A DNA stretch of 64,000 nt, taken from positions 736,001 through 800,000 of the forward strand of contig CAWFXA010000003.1 of the NCBI GenBank assembly GCA_963819655.1, read 5' to 3'. Each line of letters opens with the position of its first letter. Positions within the stretch are counted from its first letter, which is position 1. Of this stretch, positions 39,580 to 53,921 are shown piece after piece. This stretch comes from an uncultured Chloroflexia bacterium (lineage in GTDB: Bacteria > Chloroflexota > Limnocylindria > Limnocylindrales > CSP1-4). A model generated the notes under the pieces. It worked only from the letters and a program-made list of their open reading frames with translations. It did not search any database and had not been told where the DNA came from. The translations under genes and the position numbers were made by a program.

Positions 39580-40977
39580 TCAGCGCGACGTCTTGGTGAC
39601 CGCGGGCTTCGTGGCCGTCTTCGATCCAGTCTTCGCGGCCTCGGCGCCGCGAAGCTCCAAGCGGAACGCCCCGGCCGTCAGGCCATCGATGGTCGCGCTG
39701 ACGTCGTAGCAGGCGCCGCTCAGCATCGACGTGTCGAGCGAGTGGTTCCAGCGCCCGCCGCTCCAGGCGAGGTCGAGGTGCATCGCCGTCCCGCCGCCAC
39801 ACGGGGTGAGCATCAGCTCGGCGTCGCCGCTCGTCCGCTCGTCGCCGTCGACGAACAGCCGGACCTTGACCGGCAGGGTGCGGCCCCGGTGCGCTTCGAA
39901 CGTCGTGCCACCGCCGGCCACCGGCTCGAGCCAGGTCGCGCTCGCGTCACGCGGCGGGGCAACAAGGTCGACGGTCACGTCGAACGATGCGCTCCTCGGG
40001 TTGCCGCGGTCATCGGTGGCGGTGCAGGTCACGGGTGTGGTGCCGACGGCGAATGTGTCGCCACTCGCATGCGAGCAGCTCACGTCCGGCGAGTCGTCGA
40101 CCACGTCGCTCGCGGATGGATCGTCGAAGGTCACGACGCGGCCGCCCGGGTCGTTCGTCGTGACGCTGATGTCGGCCGGGACGGACAGGATGGGCGGCGT
40201 GGTGTCCTCGACCGTCACGTTGAAGGACTCGCTGACCGTTGCGCCAGCCAAGTCGGTGACCGAGCACGTCACCAGGGTCGTTTCGAGCGGCACGACCTCG
40301 CCGGCGGGCGGCGTGCAGGTCGGCGTCGGGTCCGGGTCGTCCTCCGGATCGGTGGCCGTGACACCGGACCAATCCGCGGTCCAACCACCGGTCGTGTTCC
40401 CCTCCTTCGTCAATGATGCGGGGACGGTCAGCGTCGGCGCGGCATTCGCAAGGACCCGCAACGTGAAGGTGACGGACGTCAGCGATCTGCTGAAGGCGTT
40501 GGTGTCGTTGCTGCCGGACGGTTGCACTGACCGGTCCCAGGCGATCGTGTAGGAGTGCAGCCCGGCGGTCGTGGGCGCACGCAGGGTCACGTGGCTCAGC
40601 GCCCCGCCCTCCTGGGACGGGACGGGATCGGGGCACCCTTGCGCGTCGGGGGCCCACGCGGTGGTCAGCGGTGCCAACGTCACGCCGGTCACGCTCACGA
40701 TCTCGCCACCGAGCGGCGCCGTTCCGGCGCCGGACCAGCCGAGGACGACCGACTGGTCGCCATCGACGTGCTGCAGCCCGGCGCAGACCAGCACGAAGCG
40801 GACGTCGCGCGACACCGTGCCGCCCGGGCTCACGTCACCAAGATGCCGCGTCCCGTCCACGATCGGGGTGACGGCGTCGGCGTCAGCGAACAGAGAATCC
40901 GCCGAAGCCGTGCCGGCGAACGCGAGGAGCGCGCCGAGCGACAGGGCGGCTGCCCGGCGGAATGGTCGGTGATGCAT
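39580..40977 (-). CDS. Secreted HYR/Ig-like domain protein
   Basis: Signal peptide, two HYR-like repeats (GTTPVTCTATD), C-terminal RTLPVKVRL (PxKF-like) domain; ATG 40977 after GGAG. Confidence 0.8.
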   Translation of the reverse strand: MHHRPFRRAAALSLGALLAFAGTASADSLFADADAVTPIVDGTRHLGDVSPGGTVSRDVRFVLVCAGLQHVDGDQSVVLGWSGAGTAPLGGEIVSVTGVTLAPLTTAWAPDAQGCPDPVPSQEGGALSHVTLRAPTTAGLHSYTIAWDRSVQPSGSNDTNAFSRSLTSVTFTLRVLANAAPTLTVPASLTKEGNTTGGWTADWSGVTATDPEDDPDPTPTCTPPAGEVVPLETTLVTCSVTDLAGATVSESFNVTVEDTTPPILSVPADISVTTNDPGGRVVTFDDPSASDVVDDSPDVSCSHASGDTFAVGTTPVTCTATDDRGNPRSASFDVTVDLVAPPRDASATWLEPVAGGGTTFEAHRGRTLPVKVRLFVDGDERTSGDAELMLTPCGGGTAMHLDLAWSGGRWNHSLDTSMLSGACYDVSATIDGLTAGAFRLELRGAEAAKTGSKTATKPAVTKTSR

Positions 40978-41078
40978 CCGGACCGTTCTCCAAAGGCGCC
41001 TGGCCCAGTCGACGCGCCGCCGGGCCTGGCGTGGGATGAATCGTCGCGCGCTCACGGCGTGCCGCCATGGCCCTATCG

Positions 41079-41155
41079 GCCCGTCCGGTGCGTGGTCGCG
41101 CCCCTCTTCGGTACCGGTTCGTTGACTCGGGTCACCGAAAGGCCGCCGGACGGGC
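41079..41155. other. Structured intergenic hairpin
   Basis: GCCCGTCCGG/CCGGACGGGC 10-bp outer stem with inner TTCGGT/ACCGAA stem. Confidence 0.55.
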
Positions 41156-41195
41156 AGTTGTGTCGCTATTAAGTGTTCCTTGCGAGACTCGTCCG

Positions 41196-42851
41196 GTGCC
41201 CCACGAGTCCGTCCGCCAACGCCTCGATCGCTTGACGCCCGACCAGCGGGCGGCCGCCACAGCTCCCCCTGGCCCGGTGTTGTGCGTCGCGCCGGCCGGA
41301 TCCGGCAAGACCACGACCCTCGTCGCACGGATCGCGTGGCTGGTCGATGGCGGGGCTGACCCCGCGAGCATCACGGCGATCACCTTCAACAAGCGAGCGG
41401 CGGAGGAACTGGGCGAGCGCGCGAGCGCGGCGCTGACACCGCTGGATGTCGCATTGCCGGTCCGCGTCCGGACGTTCCATGCGCTCGGGCGCGAGATCCT
41501 GCGCGACGCCGGGCGTCGCGTCGAGCCGCTCATCGACCGGTCCGACCTCGTGGCCGAGCTGTGGCCGAGGACCTCGATGGCCGAGCGAGGCCGGCTGGAC
41601 ACCGCGTTCTCCAGGCTCAAACTCGACCTGGCGGTCAGCGCCGCGGAGATCGCCGCCGATCCCGGCGCCGGCCCGATCGCGCGCGCGTTCGTGACGTACG
41701 AGGAGACGCTACGCGAGCGCGGCGCCCTCGACTTCGACGACCTGGTCCGCGACGCTCTCGTCGCTCTCGAGACAGACACGGCGCTGCTCGATCGGTGGCG
41801 CGGCCGTTGCGGCCATCTGCTGGTCGACGAGGTGCAGGACGTCGACCGCTCGCAGCTTCGGCTCGCCCTCCTGCTCGCGGAGCCTGCGAACCGCATCTTC
41901 CTCGTCGGCGACGATGACCAGTCGATCTATGGCTGGCGTCTCGCGGACGTGCGGCGCGTCCTGGTCATCGGCGCGTCGCTCCCGGGACTTCGACGCGTCG
42001 ATCTCGAGGTCAACCATCGCTGCCCGGCGCCCGTGGTCGACCGTGCTGTCCGACTGATCGCTCACAACGTGGAGCGATTCGACAAGGTGATCCGGCCGAG
42101 AGCGGATGCCCCGGGGTCGGTCGTGCTCGCCCCGGATCCGACCGACGAGCCGGAGCGCACCGAGCGGCTGATGCGATCGTGGCCGGACGACGACGGGACG
42201 CGGGCGATCCTGGCCCGCACCAACCGCGAGCTCCGACCGGCGGTCGTCTCCGCCTTGCGGTTGGGCGAACCGTTCCGGGCGCCGTCCGTCGAGCTTTTGG
42301 TGGACGACCCGGCGCTCGATCCGCTTCTCGACCGTATCGAGGTCGAGACCCCGTCCTCTGCCCCGCTGCTCGTCCGCCTCGGACGGTTCCGGGCTGGTCT
42401 TGCCCGAGGGTCGTGGACGGAACGCGAGCTGGCGTCGGCCCTGCTGGCGTGGGCCGTTCCGTTCTCCGACCTGGCGACATTCCGGGCTGGCATCGACGCG
42501 ATGCGAGCCAGGCTGGCAGAGCTTCGTCGCGACGATGCACGCCTGTCGCTGGCCACCGCGCATTCGACCAAGGGCGCTGAGTTCGATCACGTCGCGGTCG
42601 TCGGGCTCGAGGAGGGACGGTTCCCGAGCGGGCGTGCGATCGCGGACGCGGAGGATGCGGGTCGGGCGCTCGAGGAGGAACGGCGGCTCGGCTACGTCGC
42701 CTGGACCCGTGCGCGGCGCACGCTAACGCTGAGCTACGACCCCGCGGTCCCCTCCCCATTCCTGCTGGAGGCGTTCAGTGCTGCCGAGCTCGGGCTGGAG
42801 GGGGACTCGGGCGGCCGCGATCGAAGCGCGGCCGGCTCGCGCGACTCGTGA
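41196..42851 (+). CDS. UvrD/REP family ATP-dependent helicase (compact, about 551 aa)
   Basis: APAGSGKT, TFH, DFDDL, DEVQD, VGDDDQSIYGWR, ARTN, TAHSTKGAEF, EERRLGYVAWTRAR. Confidence 0.93.
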   Translation: MPHESVRQRLDRLTPDQRAAATAPPGPVLCVAPAGSGKTTTLVARIAWLVDGGADPASITAITFNKRAAEELGERASAALTPLDVALPVRVRTFHALGREILRDAGRRVEPLIDRSDLVAELWPRTSMAERGRLDTAFSRLKLDLAVSAAEIAADPGAGPIARAFVTYEETLRERGALDFDDLVRDALVALETDTALLDRWRGRCGHLLVDEVQDVDRSQLRLALLLAEPANRIFLVGDDDQSIYGWRLADVRRVLVIGASLPGLRRVDLEVNHRCPAPVVDRAVRLIAHNVERFDKVIRPRADAPGSVVLAPDPTDEPERTERLMRSWPDDDGTRAILARTNRELRPAVVSALRLGEPFRAPSVELLVDDPALDPLLDRIEVETPSSAPLLVRLGRFRAGLARGSWTERELASALLAWAVPFSDLATFRAGIDAMRARLAELRRDDARLSLATAHSTKGAEFDHVAVVGLEEGRFPSGRAIADAEDAGRALEEERRLGYVAWTRARRTLTLSYDPAVPSPFLLEAFSAAELGLEGDSGGRDRSAAGSRDS

Positions 42852-43035
42852 CCATGCGTAATGCGCACTGTCACGACCTTATGGCGACCTCGCCGACCGG
42901 CACAGTGTCTCGACGTCCCGCGACCATGCGTAATGCGCACGAGGACGCGCGATACGTCCGTCGTCAACGCGAATCGGCTCCGGATCGGTCGGCCCACTGG
43001 CCATAAGGTCGCCCTGATGCGCATCTCTCATGGTC
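42850..43035. repeat. 186-bp inverted-repeat element (REPIN/MITE-like)
   Basis: 36-nt arms at 42850-42885 and 43000-43035 (27/36 identical in inverted orientation) plus an internal 19-nt exact copy at 42922-42940. Confidence 0.8.
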
Positions 43036-43044
43036 GGAGCGTGT

Positions 43045-43192
43045 GCGCCGCCGCTCGGCCCCGCGCCGCCACTCAGCCCAGGGCCGCCGCTCAGCTCGCG
43101 TGAGCTCGGGACGATGAACCGTCGCTCAGCCCGCGCCGCCGCTCGGACCCCGCCCCGCTCAGCCCAGAGCCGCCCCTCAGCCCCGCGCCGCG
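43045..43192. repeat. Degenerate 15-19-nt tandem repeats (GCCGCCGCTCAGCCC core)
   Basis: About seven units; the last contains the stop codon of the 43177-43509 gene. Confidence 0.7.
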
Positions 43193-43509
43193 GCCCGGTT
43201 GATCTCGCGCAGCAGCCGGTCGATCGCGTCGAGGAACGGCTCGGTGACATCGGCCGGGAGGACGTCGCGGACCGAGTCCTTCGGGCCGTACGCGGCCCGC
43301 GCCCGCAGGGCGGTCGATCGAAGCGCCGCCAGATCGTCGTCGCGCAGACGGTCGGGCAATGGCTCGAGAAAGACCAGCCAGCGCTCGGCGCCGCGACCGC
43401 GCGCCGCATCGACCATCCGGTCGCCGTGACGGGCCGCGATCAGGGCCAGCTCGTCGATGGCCGGGAGCTCGTGGCGGGCGGGCCCGCGCGACCGGGTGCG
43501 CTCAGGCAT
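43177..43509 (-). CDS. Hypothetical helical protein (110 aa)
   Basis: ATG overlaps the upstream stop (ATGCCTGA); natural amphipathic composition. Confidence 0.65.
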   Translation of the reverse strand: MPERTRSRGPARHELPAIDELALIAARHGDRMVDAARGRGAERWLVFLEPLPDRLRDDDLAALRSTALRARAAYGPKDSVRDVLPADVTEPFLDAIDRLLREINRAAARG

Positions 43510-43948
43510 CCGCCGGTGCAGTGGCCGGTTCGGTGCCGCTGGCGGATTCCGGCGGCGCGAGAAGCAGCAACGGAAGGCGCTTGCGCTCGGACCCGTTGAC
43601 GAGGATCCGGAACGAGTAGTCACCCGGTGCGGGGAACGTGAGATTCCACAGATCGATGGAGAACGTGAGGGTGGCGTCGCGGCCGTCGCGTTGGCTCCGC
43701 GCGACGAGACTGCCTGTGGCCCCCGCCACCTCGGCGCCATCAGGATCCAGGAGGACGAACCGGATGTCGTGCTCGCGCTCGGTCTCCGGGGCCGTGACCT
43801 GGAGGCCGATCACCAGCGCGAGATGAGGGTGGCGCAGCGGGAAACGCCGCCCACCGATCCGGGCGATCCCGCCTCCGAGGACGTGGAACTTCTGTCCTGG
43901 GATGGTCTCGGCGGCGTCGGCGAGGAATGCGAAGTCGATCTCTGGCAC
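43502..43948 (-). CDS. DUF6941-like beta-sandwich protein
   Basis: DFAFLADAA..GQKFHVLGGG...FPAPGDYSFRILVNG. Confidence 0.75.
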   Translation of the reverse strand: MPEIDFAFLADAAETIPGQKFHVLGGGIARIGGRRFPLRHPHLALVIGLQVTAPETEREHDIRFVLLDPDGAEVAGATGSLVARSQRDGRDATLTFSIDLWNLTFPAPGDYSFRILVNGSERKRLPLLLLAPPESASGTEPATAPADA

Positions 43949-44013
43949 GTGGCTATCCTAGCCGCTGGGGCTGCCGCGGGGACACGGCCGGGATGGTCGC
44001 GGCCCGACGAAGG

Positions 44014-47094
<3,081 letters not shown>

Positions 47095-47124
47095 GAATGA
47101 AGTCTAGCGGATGACACGCATTTG

Positions 47125-47136
47125 GAACAGGTGTTC
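47125..47136. promoter_or_regulatory. LexA (SOS) box upstream of uvrA
   Basis: GAAC-AGGT-GTTC in the -35 region of the TAGACT promoter. Confidence 0.85.
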
Positions 47137-47177
47137 GTGTATGGGCTCGCGACCCCGCGGCGCCCCCGACCGACTCG

Positions 47178-47489
47178 TTATGGCAGCAGCACCGCCGCGT
47201 TCGAGATCCCGCCGATCAGCCCGGCCGCGATCCCGAGGGCCAGCGGCAGGCCGCCGACCGCGGCCCAGCGACCCTTCCCGCCCCGCACCGCGGCCGCGAC
47301 ACCCAGGGAGATGATGAGCGTCACCAGCGCGACCTTCGCGACGACCACCGCCGGCGTCCCGAAGCTCACGAACAGGCCCTGGACGAGCGGATTGGCCTCG
47401 GCGGCCACGCCCCACGTCCCGACCATCCTGTGAAAGGTCGCGAAATCGAACGCCTGCGCAACGATCAGGGTGACGAATCGGAGCAACAC
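47178..47489 (-). CDS. Small membrane protein (DUF5658-like)
   Basis: DFATF...AEANPLV...AKVALV; three TMs. Confidence 0.7.
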   Translation of the reverse strand: MLLRFVTLIVAQAFDFATFHRMVGTWGVAAEANPLVQGLFVSFGTPAVVVAKVALVTLIISLGVAAAVRGGKGRWAAVGGLPLALGIAAGLIGGISNAAVLLP

Positions 47490-47586
47490 TCCACCAAACT
47501 AAACCGAACTCGTCCTAACGGCATCGCGATTCGCGCCCGAAAACTACGCCACGACAACGAAGCGGTGCACGCGGACACCGGCGGGC

Positions 47587-50001
<2,415 letters not shown>

Positions 50002-50032
50002 CCGTCAAGTCTACACCGGACCGCCTCAGTAC

Positions 50033-50046
50033 CGAACGGACGTTCG
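50033..50046. promoter_or_regulatory. LexA (SOS) box between uvrB and the tadE operon
   Basis: CGAAC-GGAC-GTTCG, perfect palindromic arms. Confidence 0.88.
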
Positions 50047-50157
50047 CACCGCCGATGCCCCTCTCGGCCGGTGTCTTGGGACGAATGACTCATACCGGGT
50101 CCCATGCCTCGGGCCGGACACTCGCAGCGTCACCACGCTGGAGAGCCACTGTCGCCG

Positions 50158-50676
50158 ATGCCGACCATCCGCCGCCGTTCCGAACGAGGACAGAGCCTGG
50201 TCGAATTCGCCCTGGTCCTGATGCCCCTGTTCGTGATCCTGCTGGCGATCATCCAGTTCGGCTTCATCTTCAACGCGTACGTGACGATCACCAACGCCAC
50301 GCGTGAGGGCGCGCGCAACGGGACCGTCTATGTCTACGACGCGAGCGGTTCGAAAGCCCAGAACGACCTCGCCCGGAACGACTTCATCAAGACCTCGTTG
50401 CTCGCCTCGATGAACCTGCTGTCAAAGACCTCGCCGAACTTCGCGACGGGGTCGACCTGGACCCAGAGCGGCAACACGTTCACGAACGGTGATCTCGTCG
50501 TCGCGTATGTGCTCCCGAGCGGAACACTGGATACCGATGCGCGGGTGGGCCAGCAGATCACCGTCCGCGCCACCTACCACCAGGACCTGGTCATTCCGAT
50601 CATCCCGCAGTTCCTGCCGAAGGACATGAACGGTCGGCTCGGGCTGACCTCCGAAGTGACGATGGTCGCGAACTGA
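50158..50676 (+). CDS. TadE-like minor pilin
   Basis: RG|QSLVEFALV prepilin motif, TM, NATREGAR. Confidence 0.9.
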   Translation: MPTIRRRSERGQSLVEFALVLMPLFVILLAIIQFGFIFNAYVTITNATREGARNGTVYVYDASGSKAQNDLARNDFIKTSLLASMNLLSKTSPNFATGSTWTQSGNTFTNGDLVVAYVLPSGTLDTDARVGQQITVRATYHQDLVIPIIPQFLPKDMNGRLGLTSEVTMVAN

Positions 50677-52619
50677 TGGCGACGGTTCGAACTGGGCGCA
50701 GCAAAGGCCACGCGCGACGTCACGGCCGGCGTCCTGCCCGGGGCCAGATCCTCGTCCTCTTCGCGATGGCGCTCGTCGGCATCATGGCCGCCGCCGGCCT
50801 GGCGTTCGACCTCGGGCGGTTCTACAGCGAGAAGCGCTTCCTCCAGAACGCCGCTGACGCCGGCGCGCTCGCGGTGGCCAATGCATTGATCCGGGGCGAG
50901 TCGACGACCGACTCGGAGGCGGAGGGTCGCGACGTCCTGGCGCGCAACCTCCTGTCCAGCCCGACCGGAACGGTCGCGTCCGTCGCCATCTCGCCGCAGT
51001 ACGAGGCCGGCCACGTCGGCGATCCGTCCTACTTGTCGAGCGGCATCGTCATCTCCGGCGGCGATGTCCGGGTCGCGATCAGGAGCGACGTCACCTATAC
51101 ATTCGGGCGTGTCGTCGGTCTGAACTCGGCAGTCGTGGGCGGCAAGGCCCTGGTCAAGACGAAGGGCGATCTGCTGCCGGTCGCGGTGCGCCATTACATC
51201 AACGCGCCCGGACCATTCGCGGGGGCCGTCGCGCCGTGCGATGGGAACACGAACCAGTTCCAGGACCTCGTCGCGACAGCGAACACCGCGTGTCTCGGGA
51301 GCACGACCGACGCCTCGCTCCGCTCGACCCCGAACCCGGGATCGGCATTCAACGCGGCGACGCCGGACGACGACCCCGTGAATCACGGGCCGATCATCGC
51401 GCTCGTCGGACAGGGCGCATCACCGTCGAACGCGGCGAGCTTCCGCGGCTTCGTCGCGCTCGACATCCGCAACTTCCAGTACCAGTCGCCGCCGTCGAAC
51501 GTGTTCTACAACGGCGTCACTGCCGGGACCAACGCGAACACGCTGAAGGCGATGGAAGCGGGCTGGGTCGCGACCGGCTATCCCGGCCCCGACTTCCCGG
51601 TCGTGGTGGTGCCGCCGGATCCGAACGATCAGGTCGGCATCATCGACGGCAACTCGTCGGGCATCGTCGTCGACGCCATCAACGCGCGCTACGATCCGGG
51701 TGCCGAGATCCTCGCCGCGGTGTATTCCGGGACCGTCTCGAGCATCCCCGACTTCAGCTACGCGGTGCCGAGCACTGCCACGATCAACACCAACCAGACC
51801 CGGAACAACACGATCACGATGAGCGTGACGAAGAACGCCTCCTTCACGGGCGTCGTGTCGACGAGTGCGTTCCCGGACTGGGGTGATGCGGGCCATCCGT
51901 GGGGCACGACGCTCACCCCGATGACGTTCAGCCCGAGCCCGCTGGCGCCCAACGGGACCGTCACCTGGGCCACGTTCGAGACCACCGGTGCGCCGCAAGG
52001 TGTGTACACGGTCTGGGTGCAAGGCCATTCGTCGAGCCCGGTCCTGCTCGACCATTTCTACCCCGTCGGGATCTCGATCGGGAGCATCAACCGCGATTTC
52101 TCCACGAGCGGTGGCGCGGCGGTGCTGATCGCGTCGACCGGCGGAACCGGCACCACCGGGGTCAGCGTGAGCACACCGAACAACAACGGGACCTACTTCG
52201 GCGGCACCGTCTCGCTGAGCGTCGAGGGCGGCGCCGACGCCAATGGCGTGCTGCCGGTCGGGATCGGGACGGTCAGCGTCAGCCCCTCGACCATCACGCT
52301 CAACAAGGGCTCCTCCCAGACGGCGACGGTGTCGGTCAACGGCGGGACCCTCGGCCCGGGCGTCTACTCGCTGACGCTCCGCGTCACCGGGTCGAATTCG
52401 GCTGGCCAGCCGGTCACCCGGCTGGTGCCCATCAGCGTCGCCATCGCAACAGCCAGCACCACCAACGAATACGTCGACATCCTCGGCTTCACCACCTTCC
52501 GGATCACGTCGCTGGACAGCAACGCCGTCTACGGCTACGCGATCTCCGGCGTCTATGCCGACATGAACGATCCCGCGTTGCGCCGCGGTCAGGTGGCGCG
52601 ACTCGTGCCCTGGAACTAG
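50676..52619 (+). CDS. TadG-like pilus protein with Ig-like insertion
   Basis: RG|QILVLFA, DLGR...LQNAADAGALA; T/S/G-rich beta region in the C-terminal half. Confidence 0.85.
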   Translation: MATVRTGRSKGHARRHGRRPARGQILVLFAMALVGIMAAAGLAFDLGRFYSEKRFLQNAADAGALAVANALIRGESTTDSEAEGRDVLARNLLSSPTGTVASVAISPQYEAGHVGDPSYLSSGIVISGGDVRVAIRSDVTYTFGRVVGLNSAVVGGKALVKTKGDLLPVAVRHYINAPGPFAGAVAPCDGNTNQFQDLVATANTACLGSTTDASLRSTPNPGSAFNAATPDDDPVNHGPIIALVGQGASPSNAASFRGFVALDIRNFQYQSPPSNVFYNGVTAGTNANTLKAMEAGWVATGYPGPDFPVVVVPPDPNDQVGIIDGNSSGIVVDAINARYDPGAEILAAVYSGTVSSIPDFSYAVPSTATINTNQTRNNTITMSVTKNASFTGVVSTSAFPDWGDAGHPWGTTLTPMTFSPSPLAPNGTVTWATFETTGAPQGVYTVWVQGHSSSPVLLDHFYPVGISIGSINRDFSTSGGAAVLIASTGGTGTTGVSVSTPNNNGTYFGGTVSLSVEGGADANGVLPVGIGTVSVSPSTITLNKGSSQTATVSVNGGTLGPGVYSLTLRVTGSNSAGQPVTRLVPISVAIATASTTNEYVDILGFTTFRITSLDSNAVYGYAISGVYADMNDPALRRGQVARLVPWN

Positions 52620-52658
52620 CCGGGCGGGCACGGCACCAACCCATTCGGAGGCACCCAC

Positions 52659-53561
52659 GTGGAGATGGAATACAAGGACCCCAGTCGTAGGGGTCGGTGG
52701 ATCGTCGTCATCGGCATCGTCCTCGCGGTCGCTGCCGGCGGCGCGGCCTTCTTCTTGATCAACCAGGCACAGCAGCAGGCCGGCCAAGCCGGTCTGCAGC
52801 GGATCGCGGTCGTGGTCGCCGTGCAGACCATCCCCGCACGCAAGATCATCGAGGCGGCCGACGTGACGGTCCGCGAGATCCCCCTCGACGACACCAATGC
52901 GCAGGGCATCGCCTCGACACCCGACAAGGTCATCGGGCGCGTCCCGGCCGTCGCCATCCTTCAGGGTCAGATGGTGTTGACGAACCTGCTCGCCTCGAGC
53001 ACCGAGGGCGGTCAGTTCTCGGTCCTGGGTCCGGCCGACGCGTTCGCGTCGGACTCGCCAGATTGGCGTGCGATCTCGATGACCGTCCCCGACGATCGCG
53101 CGGTCGGTGGTCTGCTCGCCCCGAACCAGACGGTCGACGTGTTCGTGACCGCCAGCGTGAACGTCCTCACGAACTCGGAGTCCGGGCTCGGCGACAACGG
53201 CTATTACACGGACAAGGCGACCAAGCTGTCGTACCAGAACATGTTGCTCCTCGCCAAGTCCGGGACGTATTACGTGCTCAAGGCGCCAGTCGACGTCGCC
53301 GAGGAGATCTCCCATCTCCAGGCCAGCGGTGCCGCTGCGTTCAGCCTGGCGCTCCGACCCGACGTCGACACCCGGCAGGTCGACGCCAGCGCCCTCGGGA
53401 CCACCACGAACCGCGTCATCATCCGCTATGGGCTACCGATCCCGGTGGCGTTCCCACCCGTCTCCGGACCCGTCCCGACGCCGCGACCGACCCCGGTCGC
53501 GACCCCGACGCCGTCCGGCTCGCCGGGCGCGTCGCCGTCGCCCTCCGCAAGCCCGTCGTAG
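52659..53561 (+). CDS. cpaB: Flp pilus assembly protein CpaB/RcpC
   Basis: TM, SAF domain (VVVAVQTIPA), RAISMTV..AVGGLL..VDV, LALRP. Confidence 0.88.
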   Translation: MEMEYKDPSRRGRWIVVIGIVLAVAAGGAAFFLINQAQQQAGQAGLQRIAVVVAVQTIPARKIIEAADVTVREIPLDDTNAQGIASTPDKVIGRVPAVAILQGQMVLTNLLASSTEGGQFSVLGPADAFASDSPDWRAISMTVPDDRAVGGLLAPNQTVDVFVTASVNVLTNSESGLGDNGYYTDKATKLSYQNMLLLAKSGTYYVLKAPVDVAEEISHLQASGAAAFSLALRPDVDTRQVDASALGTTTNRVIIRYGLPIPVAFPPVSGPVPTPRPTPVATPTPSGSPGASPSPSASPS

Positions 53562-53618
53562 GTCGCCCCGGCAGGGTCATCAATTCCATCTCGCGCCGCT
53601 GACCCGGCGCGCCTCCGA

Positions 53619-53653
53619 GCCGCCCGGACCGCCGACGAGGTGGTCCGGGCGGC
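53619..53653 (+). terminator. Hairpin after cpaB
   Basis: GCCGCCCGGACCGCC-gacga-GGTGGTCCGGGCGGC. Confidence 0.6.
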
Positions 53654-53708
53654 CACTCCGTTTCAGTTAGGCCCTCGGGAAGGCCGGCGGACGGCCTATC
53701 CCGGGTAG

Positions 53709-53827
53709 CGCATCTGTCAGATGCACCCTGCAGACAGCCTCGCGCGGACCTCAGACCAGATGACATCCCCGCGCATCTTGGGCCCCTCGCCACGTGAGCC
53801 TGTCGCGGATTCGCATCTGACGCTTGC
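53709..53827. repeat. 119-bp palindromic dispersed repeat, copy 1
   Basis: Ungapped match to 63487-63605 (91/119 by hand); GCATCTG/CAGATGC termini. Confidence 0.85.
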
Positions 53828-53921
53828 CGTCGCGGCCGGGTCGGTGACAGCCGCAGCCAGATCGGCCACAAGTCGTGGCCAGATAAGCGACAGAGAAGGG
53901 CCGTGTGGTTGATTCCGTCCC

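Noticed and set aside
41040-41160. c-di-GMP-I riboswitch
   Set aside because: No GAAA tetraloop/receptor or GCAAA core could be identified
42850-43192. Possible CRISPR array
   Set aside because: Repeats are inverted or directly tandem and degenerate, with no unique equal-length spacers and no cas genes in the window
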